Source: an uncultured Granulosicoccaceae bacterium
GTDB lineage: Bacteria > Pseudomonadota > Gammaproteobacteria > Granulosicoccales > Granulosicoccaceae
Direction of reading: 5' to 3'
NCBI GenBank assembly: GCA_938045275.1
Contig: CALIMV010000008.1
Coordinates: forward strand, 1,375-65,374
DNA: 64,000 bases
Part shown: one piece after another, positions 28,816 to 37,865 of the stretch
Layout: every line of letters begins with the position of its first letter
Position numbering within the stretch: the first letter of the stretch is position 1
Made by a program: the position numbers and the translations under genes
Notes under the pieces: generated by a model
What the model was told of the DNA's origin: nothing
Seen by the model: the letters and a program-made list of their open reading frames with translations, nothing else
Databases searched by the model: none

Positions 28816-30711
28816 ATGTCGGGCCATTACTTTTATTGGTACAAGCTGGTGAACTTTCAGCTATTGCTGTATATACTGGCATCCACTGCATGCAGGTTAT
28901 TTTATCGTAGCTTATGGCCTGCTCATGAAACAAAAAGGACAGCAACATTGAATATAAATACAAGCCGCAGAATTCTGGTAAAAATCCTGACCCATTTTCG
29001 TCTCATCGCAACGGCATCCTGCCTCACATTTAGTATTGCCATTATTCCTCAGCAAGTGCTGGCAGATGCGCATGGAATGCACCCCAAATCTGTTGTTGGT
29101 AGTAAACATATGGTTACTACAGCCAATCCGTTTGCGTCCGAGGCGGGATTGGCAGTTCTGGAAGCAGGCGGGACCGCTATGGATGCCGCCGTGGCCGTGC
29201 AGTTTATGCTGAATCTTGTTGAGCCAGAGTCATCGGGTATTGGAGGTGGTGCGTTTCTGCTGTACTGGGATGGGGAACAAGAAAAACTATTAACCTACGA
29301 CGGGCGAGAAAAAGCCCCCGCATCGGCAACCGGTGAGTACTTTTTTGACGATGCAGGTGAACCGATGAAATGGTCTGCCGCCCGACCTGGTGGATTATCC
29401 GTTGGGGTGCCCGGAACGTTGAAGTTACTTGAAACTGCACATAAAGCGCATGGTACGCAGGACTGGTGGAAGTTACTGGCGCCGACCATAAAGCTTGCAA
29501 ATGAAGGCTTTCCGATTAATAAAAAGCTCGCTGACTCAATTGCAAACGCTGCCGAAAATGGTTTGACCCTATTTGATTCGACTAAAAATTACTTTTTTAA
29601 CGAAGACGGTTCACCCAAAGCCGAAGGGACAATACTCACCAACCCGGATTTCGCGCACACACTGAGATTGATTTCAGGCTTTGGCTCAGACATTTTCTAC
29701 ACAGGTCCTATTGCCTTATCCATTGTCAATGCAGTCAAAACGGAGACCAATCCTGGCCAACTAACAATGGATGATTTAGCCTCATATGAAGTTATCCAGC
29801 GCGAGCCGGTTTGTTTTCCTTATCGAGCGTATGAGGTGTGCGGTATGGGGCCTCCTACCTCTGGCGGGCTTACCATGGGGCAAATGCTTGGTATGCTGGC
29901 CGACTTTGATTTACCCGGAATGGGCCCAGGTGTTGAGTCCTGGCATCTTTACATAGAAGCAGCAAAGCTTGCGTACGCTGATCGTGGTCTGTATATGGCA
30001 GACTCCGATTTCGTGGATATGCCTGAAGGCTTGTTGAATGCCGCTTACCTTGAAGATCGCACATTATTGATTGACCCGGATTCAGCAATGGAAAAGGCAG
30101 AACCTGGCAGTCCTCCCTGGGATGAAGCAAAACTTTACTCACCGGATTTGCAACCTGATGCCCCGGGTACATCTCATTTTGCTATTGCAGACCAGTATGG
30201 TAATCGATTGTCGATGACAACAACCATTGAAAGTGGGTTTGGCTCTCGGGTCATGACGCGCGGTTTTCTGCTGAACAATGAGTTAACGGATTTTTCTTTT
30301 GCCCCGGAAAAAGATGGAAAGCCAGTGGCGAATAGGGTGGAGGGAAACAAGCGGCCTCGTTCTTCCATGTCGCCAACCATGGTGCTCAAAGACGGTGTAC
30401 CTTATCTGCTAACCGGGTCGCCTGGTGGTTCGCGTATCATCAACTACGTAACGCAGTCGGTCATTGCCATACTCGATTGGAAAATGGATCCGCAAGATGC
30501 GCTGGCCATGCCCCACGTGGTTAATCGCAACGGCAAAACTGATATCGAAGCAGGAACTGATGCTGAAGCGTTAATACCAGAGCTGGAAGCGCTGGGGCAC
30601 GAAGTCAACGTAAGAGACTTGAATTCTGGACTGCACGCCATTTTAATCGAGAATAACCATTTCTATGGTGCAGCCGATCCAAGGCGTGCAGGCGTTGCGC
30701 TAGGAGAATAG
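28816..30711 (+). CDS. ggt: Gamma-glutamyltransferase (true start probably downstream of the ORF-track start)
   Basis: SGIGGGAF, DGREKAP, TSHF nucleophile Thr, LNNELTDF, KRPRSSMSP, GSPGG, DPRR. Confidence 0.95.
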   Translation: MSGHYFYWYKLVNFQLLLYILASTACRLFYRSLWPAHETKRTATLNINTSRRILVKILTHFRLIATASCLTFSIAIIPQQVLADAHGMHPKSVVGSKHMVTTANPFASEAGLAVLEAGGTAMDAAVAVQFMLNLVEPESSGIGGGAFLLYWDGEQEKLLTYDGREKAPASATGEYFFDDAGEPMKWSAARPGGLSVGVPGTLKLLETAHKAHGTQDWWKLLAPTIKLANEGFPINKKLADSIANAAENGLTLFDSTKNYFFNEDGSPKAEGTILTNPDFAHTLRLISGFGSDIFYTGPIALSIVNAVKTETNPGQLTMDDLASYEVIQREPVCFPYRAYEVCGMGPPTSGGLTMGQMLGMLADFDLPGMGPGVESWHLYIEAAKLAYADRGLYMADSDFVDMPEGLLNAAYLEDRTLLIDPDSAMEKAEPGSPPWDEAKLYSPDLQPDAPGTSHFAIADQYGNRLSMTTTIESGFGSRVMTRGFLLNNELTDFSFAPEKDGKPVANRVEGNKRPRSSMSPTMVLKDGVPYLLTGSPGGSRIINYVTQSVIAILDWKMDPQDALAMPHVVNRNGKTDIEAGTDAEALIPELEALGHEVNVRDLNSGLHAILIENNHFYGAADPRRAGVALGE

Positions 30712-30746
30712 CGTTAACTTAACTGGTTACCTACGATAATATCCGT

Positions 30747-30786
30747 ATGATCGAGCAGTGGTGCAGTACGTCCACTGTTCGATCAT
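30747..30786. terminator. Long hairpin between convergent genes
   Basis: ATGATCGAGCAGTGG / CCACTGTTCGATCAT, 15-bp stem with one G-U pair. Confidence 0.6.
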
Positions 30787-30943
30787 GCATCTGTCCGGCA
30801 AATACTCCCTCAAAGCGATTTATCGGATAAATGATCGCCAAAATGGTGCTACCAAAAACGTGTTGAGTTGAATCTGCTGCGTATTTATTGCCCACGATTA
30901 GCTTGGTCAAACGATATGCAGCATTCGCCGATGGATGGCATGT

Positions 30944-31546
30944 TTACTCGGTTTCAGTGTAAGGCTTAATTGACTCAACCTCGAGGCGATACCCTGATTC
31001 TGCCATGGCGCTTTTAACGGTTTCTGTTCGAATGATACCCGTAGCCACAACAGGTTCGTACATGCCGTTAGACTTTACACCCTTTTCAGATTGAGCATGC
31101 ACAATCTGATTTGCTGGTGGTGGAGGCGTGTGTATGCATGCGCCCACATACGGCACCAATAAAAATTCTTTAAGGGTTGATTGCTCGTTAAACTCCAACG
31201 GTGTGATGTAGGCAGGAAAGCTCACTCGTTGTCCGTCGAGTTCGGGAACCACCGGGGCGTAGTTAAACTCAGCTTCGAGTTTATCCAGTTTTGCGTTAGA
31301 TTCATCGCTTCCATCAAGGAGCTTGTCGACCTCTTCCTGAGACATGGTAGCAAACGGATTTTCGGGCTGAACAAAATCATCAGGAATTAAGTCTGGCCAA
31401 CCTAACTCTTTTACCTCTGACTGCGACGCCCCGGAACTACCTGCATCATTTTTATCATCGGAGAACGGCCACCACGCCATAAGCGTAGTGACCGAGAATA
31501 GTAAGGCGATTGCAATGCCGGGTACAATAAATTTTTTAGCAGTCAT
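30944..31546 (-). CDS. DUF3299 family periplasmic protein (ZrgD/PA4066-like)
   Basis: WPDLIP, LDGQRV...PLE, EFLLVPYVGACIHTPPPPANQIV; signal peptide from ATG 31546. Confidence 0.85.
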   Translation of the reverse strand: MTAKKFIVPGIAIALLFSVTTLMAWWPFSDDKNDAGSSGASQSEVKELGWPDLIPDDFVQPENPFATMSQEEVDKLLDGSDESNAKLDKLEAEFNYAPVVPELDGQRVSFPAYITPLEFNEQSTLKEFLLVPYVGACIHTPPPPANQIVHAQSEKGVKSNGMYEPVVATGIIRTETVKSAMAESGYRLEVESIKPYTETE

Positions 31547-31571
31547 GATTCTGTTCTCGCTAAGTATGTCG

Positions 31572-32825
31572 TTATAGTCGTTGAACCAATCCGTCGGATA
31601 ATGACTTGCGATAAGCCTGCAGAGCAGGTAGCGTGCCGGCAAGTAATCCGGCAATGGCAATGGTGACTAATATTTTCAAATCGGTTACGTCGGGCAAACT
31701 CAAGTTGATCGATAGTCCAAATCGTTCTTGTATATAAATCGATCCCAGGCTTGTCAATACGTAATGCAGTAACAAGCCAGCTAAAATGCCCCCTATTGTT
31801 AACACGGTAGACTCAATGCATAGCAATAAAAACACATGAAGTGGCCGTGCACCTGATGAGCGTAAGACAGCCATCTCGCGGCGACGTTCATTTAAACCTG
31901 CCAGGAGCACTGAAATTAGATTCACCAGCCCTGCAACCACAACACATATTGATACGATCAGCAAGGCTTTTTCGGCCACACTGACCAGGTTCCATAGCTC
32001 TTGTAATGCAACTCCGGGCAATATGGCAAGCAGTGGCTCTGCACGGTAATTATTAATGGCTCGCTGTTCCCGAAATACCGTGCCTCTGGATTTTAGCCCA
32101 ACCAGCAGTGCTGTCACAGCGCGTGGTTTTAGATCCATTTCTCGTATAGCTTCAGCAGGGGTGCCTTCGCCTTTAACGGTAGCACCGTTGCGCCAGTCGA
32201 CATGCATGGCTTCTATACCTTCCAAACTAACATGAACGGCACGATCTACCGGTGTGCCAGTGGGTTTCAATATCCCACTAACCTTAAAAGGCGCTTTCTC
32301 GTGTTTAACCAATCCAATGCTGCCAGTTCCGTGAGCTACAACCATATCATCGCCAATCGTATAGCCAAGTTGCGCTGCTACTTCACTGCCAATAACGGCA
32401 TCAAATAAGTCGTTAAATACTTGGCCTTGAGAAAATGCCAGTGATTGTTTGTTTCCATACAGGTATCGTGTGAAGTAATCATGGTTTGTTCCCAGAACCC
32501 TAAAGCCAGCGTGTGAATCCCCTAAAGAGATGGGTATGACCCAGTCGACGGCTTTTCGATTACTGATATCCTCAACACTCTCCCAGCTAATATTATTGGT
32601 GGCATTCCCAATTCTAAAAACAGAGTAAAGCAGCAACTGCACAGCTCCACTACGAGCACCCACAATCAAATCGGTACCTGAAACGGTTTGTGTAAAACTG
32701 CTGCGCGCGTCGCGACGAATTTTTTCTACGGTTAATATGAGTGCAACGCTCATCGCAATAGCGAGCATGGCAAGTAATGCGGTTGGCCAGCGGTTACAAA
32801 TACTTTTCCAGGCAATGCCAATCAT
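31572..32825 (-). CDS. ABC permease (ZrgC/PA4065-like)
   Basis: SGTDLIVGARSG, LLLYSVFRIGNATNNI, PISLGDSH, NERRREMA. Confidence 0.9.
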   Translation of the reverse strand: MIGIAWKSICNRWPTALLAMLAIAMSVALILTVEKIRRDARSSFTQTVSGTDLIVGARSGAVQLLLYSVFRIGNATNNISWESVEDISNRKAVDWVIPISLGDSHAGFRVLGTNHDYFTRYLYGNKQSLAFSQGQVFNDLFDAVIGSEVAAQLGYTIGDDMVVAHGTGSIGLVKHEKAPFKVSGILKPTGTPVDRAVHVSLEGIEAMHVDWRNGATVKGEGTPAEAIREMDLKPRAVTALLVGLKSRGTVFREQRAINNYRAEPLLAILPGVALQELWNLVSVAEKALLIVSICVVVAGLVNLISVLLAGLNERRREMAVLRSSGARPLHVFLLLCIESTVLTIGGILAGLLLHYVLTSLGSIYIQERFGLSINLSLPDVTDLKILVTIAIAGLLAGTLPALQAYRKSLSDGLVQRL

Positions 32826-33583
32826 TGAGATAACTCGCGGAGTTGGTCTTCGGTTATTGCCTTGTTTATTTCAGTCAAATTAATATTTTTATCAAAGGCG
32901 CTTGCCAGAGATGCATCGTGGCTAACAAATAACAGTGTGCTGCCAGCCGCTTCTACTTCGGTAAAGAGTAACTTTAAAAAAGCTTGGCGAGAATCACTAT
33001 CCAGTGCTGAAGTTGGCTCGTCAGCAATGATTAGAGGAGGGCGACCAATCAGGGCTCTTGCCACCGCAACACGTTGTTGTTGTCCCACACTTAAGTCGGT
33101 GACAGCTCTATCGTAAAGTTGAGTTGCCGGTAGATGCATGGCGTGTAGTAGCCGGTCTGTTTCCTCTTTTAGTGATTGTGTTTGCTCTAATGCCCGTTTT
33201 CGCCGATGCTTGGAGAATCGGCAGGGCAGTTGTACATTCTCATGTACACTTAAAAATGGCAGTAAATTAAACTGCTGGAAAACGAGCCCAATTCGATCGA
33301 CCCTGAATTGATCACGTTGTCCTCCCTGAATAGTGCTCAGTGATACACCGTCAACATCAATCGTTCCGGTATTGGGTGTCAGCACAGCTGCTATAAGACT
33401 TAACAGCGTTGTTTTACCCGATCCCGATGGGCCTTTCAAAAAAACACGCTCCCCACGCTGAATACTGAAAGTGTCAATATCCAACACGGGTTGCGTACTT
33501 CGCGGCCATTGAAAGCAAACATTGTCCAACTGCACAATGTGAGGCACAGCAGGGGACGATGCTGAATGCTCCCGATCAGTCAT
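32822..33583 (-). CDS. ABC ATP-binding protein (ZrgB/PA4064-like)
   Basis: GPSGSGKT, LSVGQQQRVA, ADEPTSALD. Confidence 0.95.
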   Translation of the reverse strand: MTDREHSASSPAVPHIVQLDNVCFQWPRSTQPVLDIDTFSIQRGERVFLKGPSGSGKTTLLSLIAAVLTPNTGTIDVDGVSLSTIQGGQRDQFRVDRIGLVFQQFNLLPFLSVHENVQLPCRFSKHRRKRALEQTQSLKEETDRLLHAMHLPATQLYDRAVTDLSVGQQQRVAVARALIGRPPLIIADEPTSALDSDSRQAFLKLLFTEVEAAGSTLLFVSHDASLASAFDKNINLTEINKAITEDQLRELSQ

Positions 33584-33645
33584 AACTGTTCATTGTCAAC
33601 CAACCAGCATCGCCCATAGAACAACATTTTAGCTTCATTTTAGCT

Positions 33646-34359
33646 TTATTGAATCTGAGAAATATCCAAACTTGCGGCATTTGGAGTCAGTTCATTAGCC
33701 GCTTGCCCAGTTGGACCTATGAGTTGGGCGTCAAGTTCTTCAAAGCCTGTCCACAAATCAAACAATGTCACATTAATGGTGCTTAGCTTGGCGATGTTGT
33801 CACACTCAAAGCTGTATGACACACGTACAGAACTGTGCGTTTCACCTTCATCGTCGTGATCTTTGTGATCAGATTCACTGTGCTCATCATCGTGATGTTC
33901 ATCTTCACCATGCTTGTCTTCGTCATGTTCGTCATGGGCTGCTTCATCAGCGTGCTCATCACCTTCGTGTCCTTCATCGTGATGCTCGTCGTCACTATGC
34001 TTGTCTTCGGCATGCTCTTCATCGTGATGGTCATCGGTATCGTCGGACGCACTGTTTTCAACCAGCGTATCGACAACGGTGCATTTTGTTCCTTGGAATT
34101 CAAACAATTCACCGGGATTGTTCAGTTGAGCCAGAGTATTATCGACCAAAGTCTGTTGCTCGCTATTGTTGGGTTTGTGTTCAAAGCCAACCAGGTTATT
34201 CCAAGGCGTGTCTAACTCAATAAATAACAATTCGCTATCAATAGCAACATTCAGTAAGGCGTGACCATGCTCATGACTTTCGAGGTCGCGTTCTGTTTGT
34301 GCCATAAGGGCACACGAAAAACCTGCCGCAACAGCAGCAATAAGAGTAGTAATTTTCAT
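33646..34359 (-). CDS. zrgA: ZrgA/DUF2796 periplasmic His/Asp/Glu-rich zinc-binding protein
   Basis: Signal peptide, SHEHG, NLVGFEH, long H/D/E tract, THS...YSFEC; AGGA RBS 7 nt before ATG 34359. Confidence 0.85.
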   Translation of the reverse strand: MKITTLIAAVAAGFSCALMAQTERDLESHEHGHALLNVAIDSELLFIELDTPWNNLVGFEHKPNNSEQQTLVDNTLAQLNNPGELFEFQGTKCTVVDTLVENSASDDTDDHHDEEHAEDKHSDDEHHDEGHEGDEHADEAAHDEHDEDKHGEDEHHDDEHSESDHKDHDDEGETHSSVRVSYSFECDNIAKLSTINVTLFDLWTGFEELDAQLIGPTGQAANELTPNAASLDISQIQ

Positions 34360-34362
34360 TGA

Positions 34363-34431
34363 TTGTTCCTGATAATCTAACAAGAAAACGCGTTCACACG
34401 CGATTGGGCTGTGATCAGTAAATCAGGACAA
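34363..34431 (-). promoter_or_regulatory. Predicted anti-Shine-Dalgarno stem sequestering the zrgA RBS
   Basis: mRNA UUGUCCUGAU (34431-34422) pairs with AUCAGGA(A)CAA (34373-34363). Inner CGCGU-GUGA-ACGCG hairpin at 34402-34389. Confidence 0.6.
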
Positions 34432-34812
34432 AGCAGGTGGTGCGCGGATACGATGGTCGTTTGGTGCAGCCTGCGCGATGTGGCTTCTATTCGATTGAAA
34501 AATGGCACCAAGTTGCAACCATCCAACGACCAATGCATCTGGTGAAGAAAAAGTGCCGCATAAACTTGAGAAAGCATGGTAGATCGAACAATCGACTTCT
34601 TCCTTGTTTTCTGCATTTCTAGCTAAGTGAGCAAAGCTTTCCCTTAGTTTTAACACTCGCGCGTGTATGGCTTGAGTGTCGGTGCTCACAACATGCAGGT
34701 CGCCCGCAATGTGGGGATGGTGCACATGCCCGGCAATATGCGTGCTGGCGGCAAATTGGCCGAAGCACAGCATAAAAATAAGAAGCAGGTGAATGAGTTT
34801 TTGGCTGTTCAC
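34423..34812 (-). CDS. His-rich secretory upstream ORF ending in RAPP (DUF2946/DUF2607-like candidate arrest peptide)
   Basis: Hydrophobic N-terminus, THIAGHVHHPHIAGDLH, DCSIYH, C-terminal IRAPPALS*. Start GTG 34812 inferred; ORF track starts at 34920. Confidence 0.75.
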   Translation of the reverse strand: MNSQKLIHLLLIFMLCFGQFAASTHIAGHVHHPHIAGDLHVVSTDTQAIHARVLKLRESFAHLARNAENKEEVDCSIYHAFSSLCGTFSSPDALVVGWLQLGAIFQSNRSHIAQAAPNDHRIRAPPALS

Positions 34813-35131
34813 AGGTTGATTATAGATGCGTCCGATTTTCAATGCCATATTCAGCGCGTAGAATTTCTGCAATATCGCGAGGGAATTCAATACTATTAAG
34901 CAGGAACGGGGCCGTTTCACACCGATATTGCGTTGGGTTAGTTGTTTAGCCCGAAGGATATTCGGCAGGTGTCAGAAAACAATCACGGTTTTCTGAAGTT
35001 CAAAACTTCCATTTAGGCAATAGCTGACTTTTTTTCGCAGTAAGTGGGCTGGTGGCAGCGAAAACTACTGAATCAGTATGTTGGAGATGTCGATCAAGCG
35101 ATCAGAAGAGAAAAGGTGCCGGTGAGAAATT

Positions 35132-35168
35132 AGAAAGAGCGGAATGAAAGCTAACTTCCGCTCTTTCT
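35132..35168 (-). terminator. Hairpin downstream of the DUF1996 gene
   Basis: AGAAAGAGCGGAA / TTCCGCTCTTTCT, a perfect 13-bp stem. Confidence 0.65.
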
Positions 35169-35183
35169 GTATTGAGCAATTAC

Positions 35184-37229
35184 TCAGTTCATGCGACACA
35201 TCGCTACTGAACGCAGAGGATTTGCCGAATCGAATGTCTTTCCAGGGCACAATTTGATTAGCTCCTCGGCCGGAGCTCGATATCCTCTAGTGTAGAAGTT
35301 GCGCTTTCGAGGAACCAGTGAAATAGCGGGATCTCTATCTAATAATCCGGTTTCGCAGTCTGCTTGCGTGTTATTACAATTCTCCACCCACATATCCATA
35401 GCTTCTGGATGCCACGCACCAAACCAATCGGCATGCGCTGTTGTTCCACCTGGCAGTATCTTATCCATTTTTATATCGGAACTAAGGTGCAAGTCTGTGA
35501 GTGCGCCACCGTAGTCACTGGGTTTGAAGAAAATTCTGTACATGATTGAAGAGATGTCCGTTGGATGGGAGCTAGGACAGGCAACGCCGTAATAACCATT
35601 CTCGGAATAGCTTATGTGGCTTTGATCTGGCTGATAGCCTGCGGCCTCGTTAACGCATTGAGGGAAGGCAATTTGCATTTCCAATTGATCATTTCCGTAA
35701 CAGTCTGGAATCAGTGCCTGCCGACGATCATTTGATCGGTAGGCCGGGCCGCAACTGAAGCTAATAATCGGTTGTACATTCCAGTCACCGGAGAAATCTG
35801 TCTGTGGGTCAGTGGAAGAAGCCTTACCTGATAGCATGCGCAGGTTATCGGGGAATGGGCTGACCAATTCGTTTGCCCCATTCAGACGAAAATTATCGTT
35901 CTTGTAGTAGACCATTATCTGGTCCGGGATAAGCGCGTTTCCTTGATTGTCCAACATCGCAGGAACCCAGTAGGATGTACGGTTCAGGTCTTCACCGTTA
36001 CAGGTGCCTGTTCCAGTATTGAGTAGTGAATCGTATGTGCTGTAGGCGTTAGCATTGGTATTGCCAAAGAACATGTGCAAATGTGCGCGACCTGGCTGGT
36101 TCGGAAATACGATCGGGTCATCGTAAGCGAAATGACTGGGCTCGCATTTAACCCGGAAGTAACCACTGTTTGATGTATCAAGGAGTGTTTCGTTGTAGGC
36201 GTCGTAGTTAAGCGTTAGATCGCTGACTGAAATATCTTTTGCTGGAACATCATAAAAGGCGTTGTCATCGAACTGTGTGTTTCGAGTCGCATTGCTTTTG
36301 ATTAAGGCTAAGTTTTTAATAACATCTGTGTCGTCTCCGCCATCGGTTGAGCCACCATCGCTACCACCGTCAGTTGAGCCGCCATCGCTGCCACCGTCGG
36401 TTGAGCCGCCATCGCTACCACCGTCAGTTGAGCCGCCATCGCTGCCGCCGTCGGTTGAGCCGCCATCGCTACCACCGTCAGTTGAGCCACCATCGCTGCC
36501 GCCGTCAGTTGAGCCACCATCGGTTCCGCCATCACCAGAGACGTATTTTGTATCTGCGTATTGCCAACCGTTAAGACCTGTACGAAACCAAAGCCGAGCG
36601 TAAACGCTGCTGCCATCCACGGGTAGTTGATCAACAGTAACTGAGGTTTGCGTCCGAATTGACGGTCCTGAATCGTAAATATCTTTACCACCCTTCCTGC
36701 TACCAAGATACAGCCACCAGTAATTTACAGGTGTGTTGTTGCCCTGCCATTCAAAGTTGACTTTGGCACCAGCCAATTCACTGCTGTCGGCTGGGCTGAT
36801 CATTGCGGGTGTGGTTACGTCAATATCGAGATTTGCGGCAGTGAAACTGCTATCAATGTAATACCATCTTCTTGAATCATGGTACCAAAGGCGAGCATGC
36901 ACTTTAGAACCGTCCACTGGAATGCCGATAACGTCGTACTCAGTTTCCAGGCCCAGGTCGCCAGAGTTTGCAATGTCTCGAGCACCAATTGAAGTGCCGA
37001 CATAAAGCCACCATCGGTCAACTTTAGTTGCAGTACCATTTAGAGACCACGTAAATGTCAGTTCGGAACCCGATAGCGTTGAGCCATCTGATGGCTGCAA
37101 GAACTTTGGATTTGCCAAAGCGTTTGCTGAAAAGGCAGCAGTTGCCAGTAACAAAAGAACGTGAATAAAAAAAGCACGAATGCCCCTACGGTGAATTTTG
37201 CCCCGGCGCATAAACATCTCTCCAAACAA
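35184..37229 (-). CDS. Secreted protein: two FN3/Ig-like modules, Gly/Asp/Ser/Thr linker and DUF1996
   Basis: Signal peptide ending ALA-N, two WWLY(V/L)G modules, DDPIVFPNQPGRAHLHMFFGN, NRTSYWVP, FPQC, CPSSHP, HADWFGAW. Start may be ATG 37217 or 37211. Confidence 0.8.
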   Translation of the reverse strand: MFGEMFMRRGKIHRRGIRAFFIHVLLLLATAAFSANALANPKFLQPSDGSTLSGSELTFTWSLNGTATKVDRWWLYVGTSIGARDIANSGDLGLETEYDVIGIPVDGSKVHARLWYHDSRRWYYIDSSFTAANLDIDVTTPAMISPADSSELAGAKVNFEWQGNNTPVNYWWLYLGSRKGGKDIYDSGPSIRTQTSVTVDQLPVDGSSVYARLWFRTGLNGWQYADTKYVSGDGGTDGGSTDGGSDGGSTDGGSDGGSTDGGSDGGSTDGGSDGGSTDGGSDGGSTDGGSDGGSTDGGDDTDVIKNLALIKSNATRNTQFDDNAFYDVPAKDISVSDLTLNYDAYNETLLDTSNSGYFRVKCEPSHFAYDDPIVFPNQPGRAHLHMFFGNTNANAYSTYDSLLNTGTGTCNGEDLNRTSYWVPAMLDNQGNALIPDQIMVYYKNDNFRLNGANELVSPFPDNLRMLSGKASSTDPQTDFSGDWNVQPIISFSCGPAYRSNDRRQALIPDCYGNDQLEMQIAFPQCVNEAAGYQPDQSHISYSENGYYGVACPSSHPTDISSIMYRIFFKPSDYGGALTDLHLSSDIKMDKILPGGTTAHADWFGAWHPEAMDMWVENCNNTQADCETGLLDRDPAISLVPRKRNFYTRGYRAPAEELIKLCPGKTFDSANPLRSVAMCRMN
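36336..36533 (-). repeat. 27-bp coding tandem repeat (DGGSTDGGS) x about 7
   Basis: Read directly from the sequence and protein. Confidence 0.95.
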
Positions 37230-37553
37230 TAGATTATTTTTGTAAGGGCAGAATTATTCCATCTTCAGTCACACGCAGCCATTGCGTAACAGCAAGTTTC
37301 GTACTAGTGCATCTTTTTGATTAGTCAACCGGATAGTTTGCTGATTCGTTGTGTCATTGCACAAAGTTCATATTTCGGAAACAACTTGCAGTTTGCGGTA
37401 CTCATTAGTAAGTCTGGTAAATACTTCGGTAGTTAATTACATTTTTTTCATCGTTGATAACGCACACGACGTATTGATAAGCGGTGGCACTCATTGTCCG
37501 ATAGAATTAGCGCGTGCGTATAGCTGATCAAACTCCAGGCGTTGATGCGCGCT

Positions 37554-37865
37554 TCAGTGCTTTGGAGCAAGAACGTGGATTATTCGATCATCAATAAGAT
37601 GCTTGACTTTTTCCCCGTAAGCAATCATGTGAGATGACTTGGCGTGAGCATCCAGTGTTGCATTAGATGACCATTTTTCGATAACCATAAACATGTTCAA
37701 TCCAAGTGGCGTTTGCATGGGCGGTGCGTTTATTGCATCAACAGCAGGTCCGTATTCTATACAGCCTTCCTCTTCAAGGACCGCTGGTATTATTTCAGCG
37801 AAAGCTGACAACACCTCTTCTCTTTTTCCTGGTTTGGTTTTGATTATTGCGATGACATGTATCAT
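37554..37865 (-). CDS. ABM-family putative quinol monooxygenase (YgiN-like)
   Basis: MIHVIAIIKTKPGKR, EEGCIEYGP, IEKW, AH...HM. Confidence 0.85.
   Translation of the reverse strand: MIHVIAIIKTKPGKREEVLSAFAEIIPAVLEEEGCIEYGPAVDAINAPPMQTPLGLNMFMVIEKWSSNATLDAHAKSSHMIAYGEKVKHLIDDRIIHVLAPKH

Noticed and set aside
33783-34223. Alternative-frame ORFs over the zrgA His/Asp/Glu tract
   Set aside because: Shadow ORFs produced by low-complexity codons.
34813-35130. Zur box for the zinc operon
   Set aside because: No convincing match to the TGTTATA-N-TATAACA-type consensus by eye; a PWM scan is needed to exclude a degenerate site.
36262-36706. Repetitive ORFs (PPSVE, RHRYHR, AAQPT) overlapping the DUF1996 linker
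   Set aside because: Alternative frames of the 27-bp coding repeat; the same applies to 8173-8784.
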